Of a DNA stretch of 64,000 bases, positions 1 through 7,802 are shown one piece after another. Made by a program: the position numbers and the translations under genes. How positions within the stretch are numbered: position 1 is the first letter of the stretch; each line of letters opens with the position of its first letter. The notes beneath the pieces are model-generated. The model saw only the letters and a list, made by a program, of their open reading frames with translations, had not been told where the DNA came from and did not search any database. This DNA comes from an uncultured virus (IMG/VR IMGVR_UViG_3300030118_003994) (Duplodnaviria; Heunggongvirae; Uroviricota; Caudoviricetes; Crassvirales): IMG/VR virus record IMGVR_UViG_3300030118_003994; one strand, written 5' to 3'.

Positions 1-20
1 GGAACTAAAAGAGTATAAAT

Positions 21-170
21 ATGGCAAAAAAGAAAAAAGGAAATAAAATATGTCCGGCAGGTATAGCCTGGGCAAAAAGAAAGTTTGACAGATATCCATC
101 AGCCTATGCAAATTTAGCTGCAAGTAAATACTGCAAAGACCCTAACTACGCAAAAAAGGATAAAAGATAA
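21..170 (+). CDS. Small basic phage protein, 49 aa (MAKKKKGNKICPAGIAWAKRKFDRYPSAYAN...)
   Basis: Translated by hand, ATG21-TAA170; YPSAYAN motif recurrent in small basic proteins of aquatic phages. Confidence 0.75.
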   Translation: MAKKKKGNKICPAGIAWAKRKFDRYPSAYANLAASKYCKDPNYAKKDKR

Positions 171-176
171 AACACG

Positions 177-419
177 ATGGGTGAATTAAAAAAATGGTTA
201 AAACAAAAATGGGTTCGTATAGGAACTGATGGCTCTATAAAAGGTCCTTGCGGTACCAGTAAAAACAAAAAAAACCCAGATAGATGTTTGCCTTTAGCAA
301 AAGCTAGAAGTTTAAGCAAGTCAGAAAGAGCAAAGACAGCTAAAAAAAAGAAAAGAGGAGGGGCTAAAGGAAAACAATTTGTAAGTAACACTAAAAAAGC
401 AAGAGTAAGAAACGCATAA
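177..419 (+). CDS. Small basic phage protein (DUF5872-like)
   Basis: LKKWLKQKWVRIG...GPCG...RCLP..KA motif; Lys-rich. Confidence 0.65.
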   Translation: MGELKKWLKQKWVRIGTDGSIKGPCGTSKNKKNPDRCLPLAKARSLSKSERAKTAKKKKRGGAKGKQFVSNTKKARVRNA

Positions 420-429
420 AAAAAATAAA

Positions 430-684
430 ATGAGTAATAGAGAACAACCAAAAGAATTTACAACAAATGTAAAACAAGGACAAAACGGAAGTGACACTTT
501 AAAAGTAGTAAAAACTCCTAATGTTAATGTTGTCATGAAAGAAAAAAAGTTTAATTTTCCAAGGCCTCCAGTAGCGCGTGGGGGAGGTATGAGAGATGTT
601 TTACCGACACCACCTCCAATACCTCCAATACCTAAAATAGAAACAATGAAAACTGAAAAGAAAGAAGAAAAGAAAGAAGAATAG
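430..684 (+). CDS. Hypothetical Pro-rich protein
   Basis: ORF in + strand operon, A-rich leader. Confidence 0.6.
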   Translation: MSNREQPKEFTTNVKQGQNGSDTLKVVKTPNVNVVMKEKKFNFPRPPVARGGGMRDVLPTPPPIPPIPKIETMKTEKKEEKKEE

Positions 685-686
685 AA

Positions 687-914
687 ATGAAAATAGGAAG
701 AAAATTAAGAGACATAGGAAATGAAGATTGTGGTTGTGGCCCTGCTGGTCGTCACACTGACCACATGATTGATACAAACCTTAACGTATATAATCATATA
801 GAATCTTTGCGTAAAGCAGACATGGAAAACAAGATTAAAAAAATAGACCAACAAGTTAGCACTGGTCGTATGTCAAAAAAGATAGGCAGATACCTTAAGA
901 AAAATTTAAAATGA
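687..914 (+). CDS. Hypothetical protein
   Basis: ORF 2 nt after upstream stop. Confidence 0.6.
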   Translation: MKIGRKLRDIGNEDCGCGPAGRHTDHMIDTNLNVYNHIESLRKADMENKIKKIDQQVSTGRMSKKIGRYLKKNLK

Positions 915-979
915 GTAAAGAAAAGAAAGTATTAGCCTGCGAAACTAAAGGCGTAAAAGTCTACGCAATATTCAAGCAA

Positions 980-1860
980 TAACATACTGTTTATACAAAA
1001 GTATTACAATTGTATTACAAAAGTAATACTATAAATAAATAAATATATAAATATATATACCCTTATCTACAACCGGGTAGGTACAAAAAAAATGTGAGAT
1101 GTACACGGGTTGGGTATTATATACTATATCCTATACATACATCTGCCTACCTAAACGAATATCTTTTACCGTGTACCCTAAAATGCCCAAACGGTAAGCC
1201 CTGAAGCACTTTTAAACACTATCACAAACGCCACGCCACGCCAACAAACTCAAACAATTATTTAAAGTCATTCTAAATAAAAAAAGTTAATCAGCCGGAC
1301 AAAGTCAGCTCGATTTTTTGCACGAGAAAAAGAACGGCATAAACCCCCCTCATTTTTAAATTAATCTAAATTGTACAAATGTTCATAACTTTTAATAAGT
1401 TTACTTGCATATTAATAAAAAAGTCTATGGCTTAATTTAAGCCGTTTTAAGCTACTTTATACCCCTTCTAGTATTATACCCTTAAAAAGTCGAGATGTTA
1501 CAACACGCTAAATTTGACCCCTTAACTCATTGATAATCAAGCAGTTACGAGCATTTACCCCTTATAACCCATGTTGATAGATAATGTTAATAAAGTGTCA
1601 AATTGTCATGAAAAAAAGATAAAAAAAGTTAAAAAAGTTTCAATTTTTATCCAAAAAATACTCCATAATTTTATCATTTTTTAATCATAATCTTGTAACT
1701 TATTGATAATTAAGCACTTACAGACGTTCATTTTGCCACCATTTTTTTCCAAAAATCGCCAACTTAACACCAAAATACTACTGACAAACTGACATTCAAG
1801 CACCTAACTTATTGATTTTCAAGCACTTACAAATCGTTTAATTTATTATAATTTCCTTAT
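980..1860. other. Long non-coding region; probable genome terminus/packaging or origin region
   Basis: Only ~0.9 kb ORF-free stretch; lies just before the early array; contains GTATTACAA x2 (~1001-1020), ACGCC x3 (~1228-1243) and three 26-bp palindromic repeats. Confidence 0.55.
1523..1830. repeat. Three copies of a 26-bp imperfect palindrome TAACTYATTGATWWTYAAGCASTTAC
   Basis: 1523-1548 TAACTCATTGATAATCAAGCAGTTAC; 1696-1721 TAACTTATTGATAATTAAGCACTTAC; 1805-1830 TAACTTATTGATTTTCAAGCACTTAC. Confidence 0.9.
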
Positions 1861-1869
1861 ACTTGCATT

Positions 1870-2280
1870 ATGAAACAAAAACAAATAGACCTAATGACAA
1901 AGCGCAAAATTTTCTTGAAAATGTGGTTCTATATAAGGCACCAACATTTAACAAAAAGCCAAGCACTCAAAAAAGCTTGGGACTTTTACAAAGGCAACGA
2001 CAAAAGCACCGGAATTTTAGAAGTATGGAACGGCAAAAGATTAAAGAATGTAGGCAAACCAAATCAACACCACTACCGAAGAGATGGGCGACTTTATACA
2101 GTAGTAAGGACTAAAATGGGACTAGAGCATAAATTGAGCGAAACATTATACAAGACAATAAACAATAGTAGTTGTAGACTAACAAGCCGTATGAGTAAAA
2201 ACGCCAACCCAACTAGAGATTGGAATCTCACTAGAGATTATGTAACATACCACCGGTCAAAAGAATATGCAGTTTGTTAA
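1870..2280 (+). CDS. First early gene, basic hypothetical protein
   Basis: 136-aa ORF; near-consensus promoter TATACTTG at 1858-1865, 4 nt before ATG. Confidence 0.7.
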   Translation: MKQKQIDLMTKRKIFLKMWFYIRHQHLTKSQALKKAWDFYKGNDKSTGILEVWNGKRLKNVGKPNQHHYRRDGRLYTVVRTKMGLEHKLSETLYKTINNSSCRLTSRMSKNANPTRDWNLTRDYVTYHRSKEYAVC

Positions 2281-2351
2281 TAACTTGTTGATAACTTATA
2301 AAAATACTATGCAAAAAAGTATCACTATCATTTCAAATAGTTGTAATTTTG
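2275..2351 (+). promoter_or_regulatory. Bacteroidota-type promoter (TAATTTTG 2344-2351) with upstream tandem TGTTRATAAC boxes
   Basis: TAnnTTTG -7 consensus; TGTTAATAAC 2275-2284, TGTTGATAAC 2286-2295. Confidence 0.7.
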
Positions 2352-2374
2352 CAAAAGATTTAAAACAATAAAAA

Positions 2375-2536
2375 ATGATTAAATTAACTAAAAAAGAAAA
2401 AGAAATAATTGCTTATATATTATCTTTAGATGTTGAGAATTTTAAAGGAGAAACACAAAAAAATATTATAAACGTTCTAGCTAAATTGCAAGAACAAAAC
2501 ATTTGGGGAGATATACCAAAAAAAGATTTTAACTAA
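2375..2536 (+). CDS. Early hypothetical protein, 53 aa (MIKLTKKEKEIIAY...)
   Basis: Hand-translated ORF directly after promoter. Confidence 0.7.
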   Translation: MIKLTKKEKEIIAYILSLDVENFKGETQKNIINVLAKLQEQNIWGDIPKKDFN

Positions 2537-2543
2537 ATATTAA

Positions 2544-2694
2544 TTAAAAAAGGAGGTGAAACGATGAGAACGAAGTAGATATAAGTCAAGTTTGAACTTT
2601 CTACAATTAAATTGTTGCCCTAAGGATTAAACCGACAAAGATACTTTTAATTGTAATATCAAAAAGTCAGTGTCAAAAAGCTTCCTTTTTTTAA
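2544..2694 (+). ncRNA. Long rod-like structured RNA/attenuator candidate with perfect SD and MRTK mini-ORF
   Basis: AAAAAAGGAGG(2546-2556)/CTTCCTTTTTT(2681-2691); TACAATTAAA(2602-2611)/TTTAATTGTA(2646-2655); TTGTTG/CGACAA. Confidence 0.6.
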
Positions 2695-2720
2695 GTAACT
2701 AAAACAAAAACAATAATATT

Positions 2721-2888
2721 ATGAACCTAAACAGAACAAATCAATTAGAGTTAGAAATCAAAGCACTATCAAATATTTTAAAAAGAAATGAAGATTCAGA
2801 AATTTTAAGTGCAAATGATGAAGTAATAATAAAAAACTTACTCGAAGAAATAAAAACTGAATATAGAATAAACTTAATGCAAGACTAA
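2721..2888 (+). CDS. Early hypothetical protein, 55 aa
   Basis: Hand-translated ORF after TAACTAAAAC leader. Confidence 0.7.
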   Translation: MNLNRTNQLELEIKALSNILKRNEDSEILSANDEVIIKNLLEEIKTEYRINLMQD

Positions 2889-2906
2889 AACTTAAACAAT
2901 AATACT

Positions 2907-3110
2907 ATGAAAGATTTAACCAAAAAAGATTTAAAATTAATTATCAATACATATCAAAATTATATGAATAATTTTATATATGACTTTCAATCTTTTAATT
3001 TAACCGATAAAGATATAAACAACATATATTTAGAGATAGCTAAACAAGATTTACAAGCTACATTTTATGGTAAATTAGATGATGAAATGACAATAATATC
3101 TAAAAGATAA
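2907..3110 (+). CDS. Early hypothetical protein
   Basis: ORF with shared leader motif. Confidence 0.7.
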   Translation: MKDLTKKDLKLIINTYQNYMNNFIYDFQSFNLTDKDINNIYLEIAKQDLQATFYGKLDDEMTIISKR

Positions 3111-3248
3111 GTTATACTGATGAGCATTCAATATGCGAAACAATAAGATAAGAAAAGCCAATGTATTAGGTTGCTAAACGTACCACCGTAATGAAAAAAG
3201 CGTAAAAATCCTATGTAACAACTAAAGTGTTATCTTATTGTCTATAAC
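3111..3248 (+). ncRNA. Hammerhead ribozyme, type I, with large stem III insert
   Basis: Stem I GTTATA(3111-3116)/TATAAC(3243-3248); core CTGATGA(3117-3123); stem II GCAT/ATGC; GAAA(3137-3140); stem III CAATAAGATAA(3141-3151)/TTATCTTATTG(3230-3240); GTC cleavage triplet 3240-3242. Confidence 0.9.
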
Positions 3249-3267
3249 AACTAAAACAAATTATATT

Positions 3268-3435
3268 ATGTATGAAAAAGAGAATGCAATTATGATTGCA
3301 ATATTAAACGGTAATGATACTATAAAGATTGACGATACAATTATCAACTTACCAACACCGCAAAAATCCGGTACTATCAGACAACAAGAAACGTATGCAA
3401 GATTAAAAGCAAAAGAACTATTAAATAATATATAA
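3268..3435 (+). CDS. Early hypothetical protein (true start probably ATG 3268)
   Basis: ATG follows CAACTAAAACAAATTATATT leader just 3' of the ribozyme. Confidence 0.7.
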   Translation: MYEKENAIMIAILNGNDTIKIDDTIINLPTPQKSGTIRQQETYARLKAKELLNNI

Positions 3436-3513
3436 TTATGCAAAAAGAAACTGATAAATTAATTTGGATAAGTACATCTCAAATCGGGACAACTTACACA
3501 GAAACAAGATAAT

Positions 3514-3726
3514 ATGAATACATTTGATAAATACAAAAAGAATTTAGAATATGATAATAAATATATATATTCTTTTGGGACTGCGGTTGCGCACTATGAT
3601 AATAATTTTGTTTATCCTATTGATTGGGAAATAGAATACAAAGGCGAAAAACTATCATCGTCTCCAACGACTAGCAAGCATATCAATTATGCTACTAACG
3701 AACTAAATTTAACATTAAACAAATAA
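3514..3726 (+). CDS. Early hypothetical protein
   Basis: YSFGTAVA...SPTTSKHIN motif seen in small phage early proteins. Confidence 0.7.
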   Translation: MNTFDKYKKNLEYDNKYIYSFGTAVAHYDNNFVYPIDWEIEYKGEKLSSSPTTSKHINYATNELNLTLNK

Positions 3727-3728
3727 TT

Positions 3729-3947
3729 ATGACAAAAATGGAATTAATACTAAAAGTAGCAGAAAGATTGGCTCACAAAGAAAATATAGCTACATCATAT
3801 AATGAAATAGCAGAAATTGTATTAACTTATGATGAGGGCTGGAAGTATGAGGGAGAAGAAATGATTGAGTTAATAGACGAAATATTATCTGTTAAAAAAA
3901 ATATAATTAAAAGTTTAAATTCAACACAAAAAGATTTATCATTTTAA
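3729..3947 (+). CDS. Early hypothetical protein
   Basis: ORF in array. Confidence 0.65.
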   Translation: MTKMELILKVAERLAHKENIATSYNEIAEIVLTYDEGWKYEGEEMIELIDEILSVKKNIIKSLNSTQKDLSF

Positions 3948-4112
3948 TAACTAAAAACAAATAACTATGACAAGAAAAATGAATAAATTAGAACAATACT
4001 GCTTTGATTTAGCAGTAGAAATAATAGGAAGTGATTTAGACAATGTAAATAGAGTGGCTGATATATTGTATAGAGAATTTGAAGATAAAATAATAACTAA
4101 AAACAAATAACT

Positions 4113-4337
4113 ATGAAAACAAAAGTAAATGAAGATAATAGAGTAGATTACATCTGTGATTATGAAATGGGAATGTTAAACGAAATAGACACCATACACC
4201 TGTTTGCCAACCTAATTGAAACAGGAATGGCTTGGAGTTTACAGGGGCATTATGGAAGAACGGCTAACGCCTTAATACAAAACGATTTGATAGACAACAA
4301 AGGAAATATTAATCTAATAAACTATTACGAAATATGA
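4113..4337 (+). CDS. Conserved small phage protein
   Basis: LIETGMAWSLQGHYGRTA motif common in phage early genes. Confidence 0.75.
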   Translation: MKTKVNEDNRVDYICDYEMGMLNEIDTIHLFANLIETGMAWSLQGHYGRTANALIQNDLIDNKGNINLINYYEI

Positions 4338-4477
4338 AAAAATTAATTGAAAAACACTTAGCAGAAATAATAGTATTGTCTGTAATTTTACTAGCGTGTT
4401 CAAGTTGTGGCACTACAAGTCCACACCACGCTCCAGGTATAACTGAGTGGAACAAGCAATACCAAAGATGTAGATAA
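4334..4477 (+). CDS. Small lipoprotein, 47 aa
   Basis: MKKLIEKHLAEIIVLSVILLACSSCGTTSPHHAPGITEWNKQYQRCR: basic N-terminus, hydrophobic core, lipobox Cys; ATGA overlap with upstream stop. Confidence 0.65.
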   Translation: MKKLIEKHLAEIIVLSVILLACSSCGTTSPHHAPGITEWNKQYQRCR

Positions 4478-4492
4478 CTAAAAAAAAAAATT

Positions 4493-4753
4493 ATGAAAAA
4501 GAAAGATTTATTACAAGACTGGGAGATTGTTCAACAAGAATACTATGAGCATCTTAATCGTTCAGAATTAGAGGAAAAATATTCTGATTGGTTTTATAAT
4601 GATGTAGATGTATGGGAATACTGCAAAGATATGGATAAAAGTGAAATGATTGACGAACTTATTCAAGATGAATTAAGATACCGAGCAGATGATACTATTG
4701 AAGAACTTAAAGAAACAATAGCATACATTGAGAAACTAAATTTTAATAACTAA
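4493..4753 (+). CDS. Acidic early protein
   Basis: Strongly D/E-rich 86-aa ORF. Confidence 0.7.
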   Translation: MKKKDLLQDWEIVQQEYYEHLNRSELEEKYSDWFYNDVDVWEYCKDMDKSEMIDELIQDELRYRADDTIEELKETIAYIEKLNFNN

Positions 4754-4935
4754 AAACAAATAGCTATGAAAACAATAATAAAAAGGTATTTAAAACAATT
4801 TGGATACGACCCTACTCTTGCTGAATTACAAGATTTATATACAAGAGGATTAATGAGGTTATCTGACAAAGAAGAAAACGCATTAATAAATGCTATTGAA
4901 AAAAATAATAAAACAACAACTAAAAACAAATAACT

Positions 4936-5286
4936 ATGGACAGACAAAAATATTTTGAATTACTAAAAGACGAGCATAATATTGAAATTGAAGTGCTTGA
5001 ATCATACAAAAACAAACATATTGATTGGACTTTTGATACATACGAAAGTTCTGATGGACAACAAGTATATGTTATAATAGAGGGCGGTCAAATTAACCCC
5101 GATTGGTATGATGGAGTTTATATTGATGAGCATCAATATGCAGAAAGAGTTATGGAAATAATAAAACATTTGAATGATGGAGATACTATACAATGGTATA
5201 TAGATGACATAGATGAGCATATAGATTGGGAAGAATTAGCAGAAGAACTAGATGAGTATGAAAAAGAAATAGCCGGATTAAATTAA
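4936..5286 (+). CDS. Highly acidic early protein (DNA-mimic candidate)
   Basis: About 33 D/E vs about 8 K/R in 116 aa by hand count. Confidence 0.7.
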   Translation: MDRQKYFELLKDEHNIEIEVLESYKNKHIDWTFDTYESSDGQQVYVIIEGGQINPDWYDGVYIDEHQYAERVMEIIKHLNDGDTIQWYIDDIDEHIDWEELAEELDEYEKEIAGLN

Positions 5287-5291
5287 ATAAT

Positions 5292-5489
5292 ATGAATATG
5301 AATAAATTAAATATAGATGAAGTTTTGTATCTAAAAATGATACTTAACTCAAATGTAGAAGAGATAGATGTGTGGGATAAAGAAGAGCAAAATACGAGGT
5401 ATGCAAACATGATTAGAGAATTATATAATAAAATAGTAAGAATACAAAACGAATTAAATAACTATGAAAAACTTAGGACAAAAAATTGA
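5292..5489 (+). CDS. Early hypothetical protein
   Basis: ORF in array. Confidence 0.6.
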   Translation: MNMNKLNIDEVLYLKMILNSNVEEIDVWDKEEQNTRYANMIRELYNKIVRIQNELNNYEKLRTKN

Positions 5490-5655
5490 GCGTGTAGATA
5501 ACGCTACTGATGATATAATGGATGAGATTGGCAATTATTTTTGGACAAAACATGATATAGATATTTGCGAATTTTACCCCAATCATGACGACAAAATAAG
5601 TATGAGTGATAAAATTTACTCAATAATACACAACAAACTAAAAGAAATAATATAA
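5464..5655 (+). CDS. Early hypothetical protein
   Basis: ORF in array, AATAACTATG leader. Confidence 0.65.
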   Translation: MKNLGQKIERVDNATDDIMDEIGNYFWTKHDIDICEFYPNHDDKISMSDKIYSIIHNKLKEII

Positions 5656-5657
5656 CT

Positions 5658-5849
5658 ATGGGAAAACAAAACGATACGCTTATAAAAAATATTGAAAACT
5701 ACGAAAAGTCTACACAAAAACTAGACAGAAACACTATCATCATTACGGCACTAGCTAATTATTATGATTACAACGATTTATCTCAAGAAGAGGGTAGAGA
5801 AGTAGTAAAAATAATTATGGACTTACAAAAAAATAACCGACATGAATAA
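5658..5849 (+). CDS. Early hypothetical protein
   Basis: ORF in array. Confidence 0.6.
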   Translation: MGKQNDTLIKNIENYEKSTQKLDRNTIIITALANYYDYNDLSQEEGREVVKIIMDLQKNNRHE

Positions 5850-6090
5850 TCTAATTAACAACTCATACGAAGATACAATAAAAGATTTGAGATTAAAATG
5901 CAAATACCTAGAGTCAGAAAATGAATGGCTTGATGAACTAGCTAACTACGAAAGGGACTCAAACAGATATGAAAAGTGTGAAGAAGATGAAGCATGGAGC
6001 GAAAAGATTGATAAATTATATCTAAAATCCGTAAAATTAAGAAGAGAGTATAACGAGTTTCAAAAAGAATTATTAACTAAAACTAAATAA
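5842..6090 (+). CDS. Early coiled-coil hypothetical protein
   Basis: ORF in array. Confidence 0.6.
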   Translation: MNNLINNSYEDTIKDLRLKCKYLESENEWLDELANYERDSNRYEKCEEDEAWSEKIDKLYLKSVKLRREYNEFQKELLTKTK

Positions 6091-6092
6091 CT

Positions 6093-6281
6093 ATGGAAAC
6101 AACAAACATGATGAAAATGTTCCTCGCACTAGGAGGACTACAAGCAAAAACTATGGAAGAAAAAGTAAAGTACAAAGAGAGAATTGTATTTGCTACTCCT
6201 GGAATTATTAAACCTAACAACTGGGAAGAACTTTCAATGGAAGAAAAACTTAGAAGATTAAATAAATTAGAAACTATATAA
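6093..6281 (+). CDS. Early hypothetical protein
   Basis: ORF with leader motif; GIIKPNNWEELSMEEKLRRL. Confidence 0.65.
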   Translation: METTNMMKMFLALGGLQAKTMEEKVKYKERIVFATPGIIKPNNWEELSMEEKLRRLNKLETI

Positions 6282-6285
6282 ATAT

Positions 6286-6366
6286 AGAAAGGGGGTTAAA
6301 TATCATATTATTAATTATTAACAGAGCGGTTATACTTTGTAATTAGATATAACACTCCCCCTTTCT
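6286..6366 (+). ncRNA. Intergenic structured RNA / long-loop terminator candidate
   Basis: AGAAAGGGGG(6286-6295)/CCCCCTTTCT(6357-6366) followed by T-run; inner ACAGAG-CGGTTATA-CTTTGT hairpin. Confidence 0.55.
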
Positions 6367-6390
6367 TTTTTTAACTAAAACAATAATACT

Positions 6391-6612
6391 ATGAATAAAA
6401 GAAAAGAAAAAATAGCAGAACTGCTATCGACTGCGCAAGATTATGTAGTAGGAACAAGACTAGATGATTTATATTTTGACTTTTGTTACTACCATATTAC
6501 CGGACTATATGAAAATTTAGATGATGAAGATTTAGATACTATTGAAAAAAGTGCGAAATCAATTATTAAAATGGCTAAATTAGATAAAGAAATAAAAAGT
6601 ATATTATATTAA
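6391..6612 (+). CDS. Early hypothetical protein
   Basis: ORF with leader motif. Confidence 0.65.
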   Translation: MNKRKEKIAELLSTAQDYVVGTRLDDLYFDFCYYHITGLYENLDDEDLDTIEKSAKSIIKMAKLDKEIKSILY

Positions 6613-6627
6613 CTAAAACAAATAATT

Positions 6628-6906
6628 ATGAAAGTAAAAATTATGCAAAGAAGTGTATATCACAAATACGCTGAGATAGAGGTAGAAGTACCTGATTTAA
6701 TTATTGATGGAGAAAATGAAGCATCTTGTGATGTACATACTTGGTTAATCGATAACGAGCAAGATTGGGTAGACATATTAGATACAAAAATAAATATATC
6801 TGAATTTGTTTTTGGAAATGGTATGGATACATACGATTGGACAGATAAAGATGCGGAGAGTGAATGGATGTATATGACAGAACACGGAATTGGTGGACAC
6901 TTATAA
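6628..6906 (+). CDS. Acidic early protein
   Basis: ORF with leader motif. Confidence 0.65.
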   Translation: MKVKIMQRSVYHKYAEIEVEVPDLIIDGENEASCDVHTWLIDNEQDWVDILDTKINISEFVFGNGMDTYDWTDKDAESEWMYMTEHGIGGHL

Positions 6907-6917
6907 AATAAATAACT

Positions 6918-7109
6918 ATGAATTACGATAAATGGAAACTAAGTACACCGGAAGACTATGGCTCTGACTATGTGTCGAACTGTTGCGGTGCAAGAGTAGA
7001 TAATTCAGAACTACGTTGTTCTGATTGTGGCGAGGGCTGTGAAGCTATTGAGGACTACGAATATGAAGCTATAAGAAAAGAAAACTATCTAGAAGATAGA
7101 GATTATTAA
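6918..7109 (+). CDS. Small zinc-ribbon-like protein
   Basis: SNCCGA...CSDCGEGC. Confidence 0.65.
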   Translation: MNYDKWKLSTPEDYGSDYVSNCCGARVDNSELRCSDCGEGCEAIEDYEYEAIRKENYLEDRDY

Positions 7110-7127
7110 CTTAAAACAAATAAAACT

Positions 7128-7313
7128 ATGAAAAATAAACAAGAACTAGTATCATTAACAAACAAAATAGATAACTATTACAAATGGTTTATGACTGATT
7201 GTAGTAGTCCATACGATGAATTAGAATGGTTAATCAAAACACTTTTAGAAAGTAAACATAAAGAAGATATGATGCAAGTTTTAAACGATACTTACGAAGA
7301 CTATAAAAATTAA
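7128..7313 (+). CDS. Early hypothetical protein
   Basis: ORF with leader motif. Confidence 0.6.
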   Translation: MKNKQELVSLTNKIDNYYKWFMTDCSSPYDELEWLIKTLLESKHKEDMMQVLNDTYEDYKN

Positions 7314-7315
7314 TT

Positions 7316-7789
7316 ATGAACATATTTTATCTAGACAAATGTCCTAAAAAATCTGCACAACTACAATACAATAAACATGTAGTTAAGATGATACTTGAGT
7401 CGGCACAAATGTTGTGTACTGCCCACCGGTACTATGGTAATGATAATGTCCCATATAAAACAGCACACCTAAACCATCCGTCTTCTGTATGGTGTAGAGA
7501 AAACTATCATCAATATGTATGGCTTTTTCAACACATGATGCACTTAGGGGATGAATACACTAAAAGATACAACAAGACGCATAAAAGTATAACTAAATGT
7601 TGGGAGTTTTTATGCCACACTCCACCAAACATACCAAAAGGAACGTTTACACAACCACCACAATGTATGCCTGATGAGTATAAAGATAAATGTAGTATCC
7701 AAGCATATTGGAACTACTATATAGCAGAGAAACACTCTGTTGCTAGTAAAGATGAAAAAATATATAAAACTAAACCAAATATTAACTAA
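7316..7789 (+). CDS. Pyrimidine-dimer DNA glycosylase / DenV-like family protein
   Basis: MNIFYLD...KHVVKMILESAQML...YKTAHLNHPSSVW...PQCMPDEYK. Confidence 0.8.
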   Translation: MNIFYLDKCPKKSAQLQYNKHVVKMILESAQMLCTAHRYYGNDNVPYKTAHLNHPSSVWCRENYHQYVWLFQHMMHLGDEYTKRYNKTHKSITKCWEFLCHTPPNIPKGTFTQPPQCMPDEYKDKCSIQAYWNYYIAEKHSVASKDEKIYKTKPNIN

Positions 7790-7802
7790 ATTAAATTAAA
7801 TT

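Larger units (their letters stand above)
3948..7130 (+). repeat. Repeated intergenic leader TAACTAAAAACAAATAACTATG before early genes
   Basis: Near-identical copies before ATGs at 3967, 4113, 4766, 4936; variants before 6093, 6391, 6628, 7128 (and 2721, 2907, 3268, 4493, 7803). Confidence 0.85.

Noticed and set aside
1523..1830. 26-bp repeats as mini-CRISPR or attP
   Set aside because: Spacers of 147 and 83 bp are too long and uneven; no integrase recognised
1863..2114. 83-aa ORF overlapping the first early gene
   Set aside because: TTG start lies within the promoter motif; the 1870-2280 frame is longer with ATG
2606..2640. TAAAT...GCCCTAAG resembling a pistol ribozyme
   Set aside because: No upstream AGGGC pseudoknot partner or P1 hairpin, and no TAAGCG...GGT arrangement
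3948..7130. Leader repeats as a CRISPR array
   Set aside because: Intervals are whole ORFs of variable length; repeats are degenerate and end in ATG; no cas genes
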